A stretch of DNA of 64,000 nt from Longimicrobiales bacterium (GTDB taxonomy: Bacteria > Gemmatimonadota > Gemmatimonadetes > Longimicrobiales > Gaopeijiaceae): contig OZ241892.1 in NCBI GenBank assembly GCA_965203485.1, forward strand, positions 320,001 through 384,000, in the 5' to 3' direction. The position numbers and the translations under genes are program-made. Below the pieces are notes generated by a model that searched no databases, had not been told where the DNA came from, and was given only the letters and a program-made list of their open reading frames with translations. Shown piece by piece: positions 59,474-64,000 of this stretch (its first letter is position 1; each line of letters starts with the position of its first letter).

Positions 59474-59775
59474 GGACGCTTCCTGGGTCGCTGGGGTTCC
59501 GGTGGTCTCCGGTCGAGCGGGCCATCGGCGGAGATCGTGGGGCGGGGCACGGAGCGCAACTGCAGTCGGCCCCTTAACCGTGGTGATTTCGTTGGGACAC
59601 CGGAATGGTTGAATGGGACGAGGCGCGGCACACTCGGACGACGGGCGGGAGGGCATCGGAGGACTCCTTGCCTTCCCGGCCGCCGTGCCTCACTTTGCCC
59701 GACTCCGCCGAGCGGTCTCCAAGCGCCGCAGGCGCGCCGTCCCACGAGAGAGTCGCTCCCAACGCCCGCACCATC

Positions 59776-62184
59776 ATGAAGCTCAACTTCCATCCGCTCC
59801 TTTCCCGGTCGGTCCCTGCCGTCGCGCTCGCAGTCCTCCCGGCCGCGCCCGCCACCGCCCAGACCGGCTACCGCGAGCCCCCGCCCGCCGTCGTCGACAT
59901 TCTCGACGCGCCGGCCGCGCCCTTCGTCTCGACGAGTCCGGACCGGCGGTGGCTGGCCCTCGCGCACCGAAAGAACATGCCGAGCATCGAGCAGCAGTCG
60001 CAGCCGATGTTGCGGCTGGCGGGCAGGAGGCTCAATCCGGTGACCAACGGGCCGTTCGGGGTGTCGCTGGTCACCGGCATCGGGTTGCTGGAGGTGGAGA
60101 GCGGGACCAAGTGGACGGTGGCGCTGCCCGGCGACGAGGGCTGGTCGACGCCGGTGTTCTCGGACGACGGCGAGCGGCTGGCGGTGGAACGGGCCACGTC
60201 GCAAGGCACGGAGCTGTGGGTCGTGGACGTCGCGACGCGCGAGGCGATTCGTCTCGTCGGGCCGCGGCTGAACGGGACGATGGGGCGTCCGTGCCAGTGG
60301 ATGCCTTCGGGGGACGAAGTGCTCTGCCGGCTGGTGCCGGAGGGCCGGGGCGCTCCGCCCGAGAGGCCGGCGACGCCGGGAGAGCCGGTGATCCAAGAGT
60401 CGGAAGGCCGGAGTGCGCCGGTGCGGACGTACCAGGACTTGCTGAGGGGGCCGCACGACGTGGCGCTCTACGAGCACTTCGCGACGGCTCAGCTGGCCCT
60501 CGTGGACGCCGAGGACGGGCAGGTGCGGGCGCTGGGAGAATCGGCCGCGTACGGGTCGGTTCAGGTGTCGCCCAGCGGCGAGTTGATTCTAGTTGAGCGA
60601 ATCAAGAAGCCGTTCTCGTACTTGGTGCCGGACCGGCTGTTCCCACGGTCCGTGGAGGTCTGGGACCGAGCGGGGAACCGGGTCGCCGAGGTGCACGAGG
60701 TCCCGCTGGGCGAGGGCATCCCCATCGGGGGCGTTCGGGACGGCCCGCGGAACCACCGCTGGATGGACGGCGCGGACCATGTCCTGCTCTACACCGAGGC
60801 GCTGGACGGGGGCGATCCGCGTGCGCAGGTGGCCGAACGGGACAGGCTCATGGCGTTGCACGCCCCCTTCGACGGGGCCCCGGAGGAGCTGGCGCGCACG
60901 GAGTTCCGCTTCGCCGGGCTCGTCCGTGGCGCGGGGGACTTCGCCTTCCTCTCCGAATACGACCGGCCCACCCGCACGCGGCGCACGTGGAAGGCCGACA
61001 CGGGCGCCCGTCCCTTCGCCACCGAGCTGCTCTGGGAGCTGAACTCCGAGGACCGCTACTCCGACCCGGGCGCTCCGGTCATGGATGCGACGGGAGAGCG
61101 AATGGTCCAAACCGGCGACTGGATTTTCCTGCGGGGCGCCGGGGCCTCCGACGAAGGCGACCGTCCCTTCCTGGACCGCATGAACGTGGAGACGGGCGAG
61201 ACGGAGCGGCTTTTCCAGTCCGGTCCCGCGTCGTACGAGAGCGTGGTCGCGTTGCTGGACGACGAGGGCCGCCGCGTGCTGACGCGCCACGAGTCCAAGA
61301 CGGAGCCGCCGAACTACTTCGTGCGCGTCCTGGGCAGCGACGACCGGCGCGCGCTCACGGAGTTCGCCGATCCCGCGCCGCAGCTGGCGGGCGTCGAGCG
61401 CGAGTTCCTGGTCTACGAGCGCGAGGACGGGGTGCAGCTGTCGGGCACGCTCTACCTGCCCGCGGACCACGGCGGCGGCCCGCTCCCGGCGATCGTGTGG
61501 GCCTACCCGCGCGAATACGCGAACGCGCGGACGGCGGGCCAAGTGAGGGGATCGCCGCACCGGTTCAACCGCATCGGCGGCGCGTCGCACATGTTCTTCC
61601 TCACGCAGGGCTACGCGGTCTTCGACGGACCCACCATGCCCATCGTCGGCGGCGACACGGCCAACGACCGCTACGTCGAGCAGCTCGTCTCATCGGCGAA
61701 GGCGGCGGTGGACTTGCTGGTGGAGATGGGCGTGGCGGACCCGGACCGGATAGGAATCGGCGGCCATTCCTACGGCGCCTTCATGACGGCGAACTTGCTG
61801 GCGCACTCCGACCTCTTCCAAGCGGGCATCGCGCGCAGCGGCGCGTACAACCGCACGCTCACGCCCTTTGGCTTCCAATCGGAGCGGCGCACCTTCTGGG
61901 AAGCGCCCGACCTCTACTTCGCGATGTCGCCCTTCATGCACGCGAACGACATCGACGAACCCATGCTGATGATCCACGGCGCCGCCGACAACAACTCGGG
62001 CACGTTCCCCGTGCAGTCGGAGCGCATGTACCACGCCATGAAGGGCCTCGGCGGCAAGGCGCGCTTGGTGATGCTGCCCAACGAGAGCCACGGGTACCGG
62101 GCCCGCGAGTCCGTGTTGCACGCCTTGGCCGAAATGATCGAGTGGTTCGACCGCTACGTGAAGAAGGAAAAGGACAAGGCGTGA
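59776..62184 (+). CDS. Secreted S9 (prolyl oligopeptidase family) serine peptidase
   Basis: Signal peptide; GGHSYG, HGAADNN, ESHGY catalytic triad. Confidence 0.92.
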   Translation: MKLNFHPLLSRSVPAVALAVLPAAPATAQTGYREPPPAVVDILDAPAAPFVSTSPDRRWLALAHRKNMPSIEQQSQPMLRLAGRRLNPVTNGPFGVSLVTGIGLLEVESGTKWTVALPGDEGWSTPVFSDDGERLAVERATSQGTELWVVDVATREAIRLVGPRLNGTMGRPCQWMPSGDEVLCRLVPEGRGAPPERPATPGEPVIQESEGRSAPVRTYQDLLRGPHDVALYEHFATAQLALVDAEDGQVRALGESAAYGSVQVSPSGELILVERIKKPFSYLVPDRLFPRSVEVWDRAGNRVAEVHEVPLGEGIPIGGVRDGPRNHRWMDGADHVLLYTEALDGGDPRAQVAERDRLMALHAPFDGAPEELARTEFRFAGLVRGAGDFAFLSEYDRPTRTRRTWKADTGARPFATELLWELNSEDRYSDPGAPVMDATGERMVQTGDWIFLRGAGASDEGDRPFLDRMNVETGETERLFQSGPASYESVVALLDDEGRRVLTRHESKTEPPNYFVRVLGSDDRRALTEFADPAPQLAGVEREFLVYEREDGVQLSGTLYLPADHGGGPLPAIVWAYPREYANARTAGQVRGSPHRFNRIGGASHMFFLTQGYAVFDGPTMPIVGGDTANDRYVEQLVSSAKAAVDLLVEMGVADPDRIGIGGHSYGAFMTANLLAHSDLFQAGIARSGAYNRTLTPFGFQSERRTFWEAPDLYFAMSPFMHANDIDEPMLMIHGAADNNSGTFPVQSERMYHAMKGLGGKARLVMLPNESHGYRARESVLHALAEMIEWFDRYVKKEKDKA

Positions 62185-62596
62185 TGTCGACAGCCCCAAC
62201 GTGGCGGATGGGGCTTGTGTTGCAACAGTGCGTAGCACGCAGAAGTCCCTACTTTGGCTTGGCGGGCGACGGCGCCCGGGGGCGCGATCGCCGTGCCGGG
62301 CGAGCGAGGCGTTGCACGCGGCTGGCCGAGGCGGCCAACGGGTAGCGCGAACAGGAGAAGAGCAAGACCTGCACGATGAAGATGATGTTTGCGGTGGGGC
62401 GCGTGACGCGCGGTTCGACCCGCGTGTTCGTGGCGCGGCAGGTAGCCGGGACGGCGGCCGGCCAGTTGGCTCCGGACGCGGACGCGAGCCCGGAGAAGCG
62501 GCCGGAGCCCGGGGACTTCCGCGCGGAAGTCGCGTCTCCCGGCACCGTCCACTGATCCCGGCCGCGCCGCCCGCGCTCCGTGCTCGGCTCGGCGCG

Positions 62597-63610
62597 TCAG
62601 GCGAACAGGGCCGGGTGTCCGCCGGTGTGCAGGAACACCCAGTGCTCCTCGGGCGCCGGGGCTTCGGTAGCTAGGGCGGCGATCATGGCCGCCGCCGCCT
62701 TGGCCGTGTAGACCGGATCCAGGACGACGCCCGCGGACCGGGCGAACGCGGCCAACGCGGACTCGCCCGCGGGCGTGGGGACCCCGTAGCCGGGACCGAC
62801 GAACTCGTCGGTGACGTGCATGTCGCGGGCGGCGCGGTCCACCCGGCGGAGCAGGGTATGCAGTGCAGCGCCGCCCACCAGCGCCGCCGCGTCCGCCGCT
62901 AGCCCGGCCACCTTCGCGCGGAGCGTGGTCGCGGATTCGTCGGCGCTGACCGCCGCCAAGCGCGCCGTCCATCCCGCCAGCGCGCACCCCAGCGCCAGTC
63001 CGGCCATGGTGCCGCCCGACGAAGCGGCGCAGAAGACTCGGGCCGGCGCGCCGTCCAGCTGTTGCCGCATCTCCAGTGCCGCGTGCGCGTAGCCCAGCGT
63101 GCCCAGCGGCGTGGACGCTCCCGCCGGCACCACGAGCGCCCTTCCCCCGGCGGCGTCGGCGCGGGCCGCCGCCTCTGCCATGCCGGCGGCTCGCTCCGCT
63201 CGCTCGGCGACGTGCACGATCCGGGCGCCCAGCAACCGGTGCAGCAGGGCGTTCCCGCGGGCCGGCGCGCCGCGGTCGCCGTCGACCACGAGCGTGCATG
63301 CGAGTCCCAGCCGCGCGGCCGCCGCCGCGGCGACCCGGCAGTGGTTGGACTGCGGCCCGCCCTCGGTTACCAGCTCCGTGACCCCGGCCAGCCTGTTCGG
63401 CGCAAGCTCGTACTCCAGCTTGCGGACCTTGTTGCCCCCCAACCCAAGGCCGGTCCAGGCGTCCGCCTTGATCCAGAGGCGCGCGCGCGTGCCGAGGCGG
63501 GCGGCCAGGCGGGGAGCCGGCAACAGCGGCGTCGGCGTCGCGGCCAGCGATGCGCGGGGCAGGCCGTGGAGCGTGGCGAGAGCCGCCTGGAGGGGTTCGT
63601 TGCGTGCCAT
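62597..63610 (-). CDS. PLP-dependent D-cysteine desulfhydrase / ACC deaminase-family enzyme
   Basis: GGNKVRKLEY, QSNHCR, SSGGT, LDPVYTAK, FLHTGG. Confidence 0.88.
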   Translation of the reverse strand: MARNEPLQAALATLHGLPRASLAATPTPLLPAPRLAARLGTRARLWIKADAWTGLGLGGNKVRKLEYELAPNRLAGVTELVTEGGPQSNHCRVAAAAAARLGLACTLVVDGDRGAPARGNALLHRLLGARIVHVAERAERAAGMAEAAARADAAGGRALVVPAGASTPLGTLGYAHAALEMRQQLDGAPARVFCAASSGGTMAGLALGCALAGWTARLAAVSADESATTLRAKVAGLAADAAALVGGAALHTLLRRVDRAARDMHVTDEFVGPGYGVPTPAGESALAAFARSAGVVLDPVYTAKAAAAMIAALATEAPAPEEHWVFLHTGGHPALFA

Positions 63611-63804
63611 GCGGACGCGAGCCGCGAAGGAGAGTGGAACTTTCTCGGGGCGTCGGGTGTAGAGCATTACAATCGCAGAGTTCCGCCCCGTCGTTCAACG
63701 GCAGGCGCGGGGGCGTTGTCGTCCGCCGGGCGGAACGGAGCGCCCGGAGTCCGGCGGTGCGCCGGGCCACCGGGCCGCGCAACGACCAAGGAGTCGAATC
63801 CATC

Positions 63805-64000
63805 ATGACGATATCTCGCCAAGGGCTGTTGCTCGCCGCCGCGGCCTGCATCCTGCCGCCGCCGCCCGCCGCCGCCCAGGACGCCGTGGTCGCGGGCAGA
63901 GTCTGGTCCGCCGAGGGCACGCCGCTCGAAGACGTGACCGTCGAACTCGTCTCCGTCGCCGATTCGGCCGTGCTGGGCGTGGCGCACACCGGCGAGCTGG
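63805..64000 (+). CDS. Secreted protein start with carboxypeptidase-regulatory-like domain (possibly TonB-dependent receptor), truncated by the window edge
   Basis: AAGGAG upstream; MTISRQGLLLAAAAC...AAAQ signal, then VAGRVWSAEGTPLEDVTVEL. Confidence 0.6.
   Translation, partial: MTISRQGLLLAAAACILPPPPAAAQDAVVAGRVWSAEGTPLEDVTVELVSVADSAVLGVAHTGEL

Noticed and set aside
62249..62545. 98-aa ORF between the S9 peptidase and the desulfhydrase
   Set aside because: No recognisable motif or convincing RBS; cannot be supported.
62597..63610. D-cysteine desulfhydrase as part of the PT sulfur pathway
   Set aside because: It is on the opposite strand, separated by Rpn and S9 peptidase genes, and the operon has its own desulfurase.

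Overview
GC-rich bacterial window that forms a defence-rich accessory region interleaved with secreted peptidases and hydrolases. From left to right: (1) a large type IIG/Eco57I-like amino-methyltransferase running off the left edge, a truncated GHKL ATPase, an AAA-nuclease, an AlbA_2/HATPase protein and a PafB/PafC-like WYL pair, with two divergent PafBC-type promoter motifs upstream; (2) a C5 methyltransferase plus a NotI-like endonuclease split by an IS3; (3) an M14 peptidase and two tandem Ig-repeat leishmanolysin-like lipoproteins; (4) a duplicated cassette junction around a cadherin/autotransporter remnant, then a BrnT toxin, a type III Mod that starts with an antitoxin-like peptide, a Fic remnant and Res; (5) an sspABCD-like DNA phosphorothioation operon followed, in place of sspE/sspFGH, by GIY-YIG nuclease, DGQHR/DndB and SNF2 helicase genes. 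In that operon sspC is frameshifted at a G25 tract, dndB is split by an IS21 and the helicase is split by a second copy of the IS3. An Rpn nuclease with a likely internal antitoxin ORF closes the island. No rRNA, tRNA or CRISPR array was recognised. All family calls come from motifs read by eye, not from database searches.
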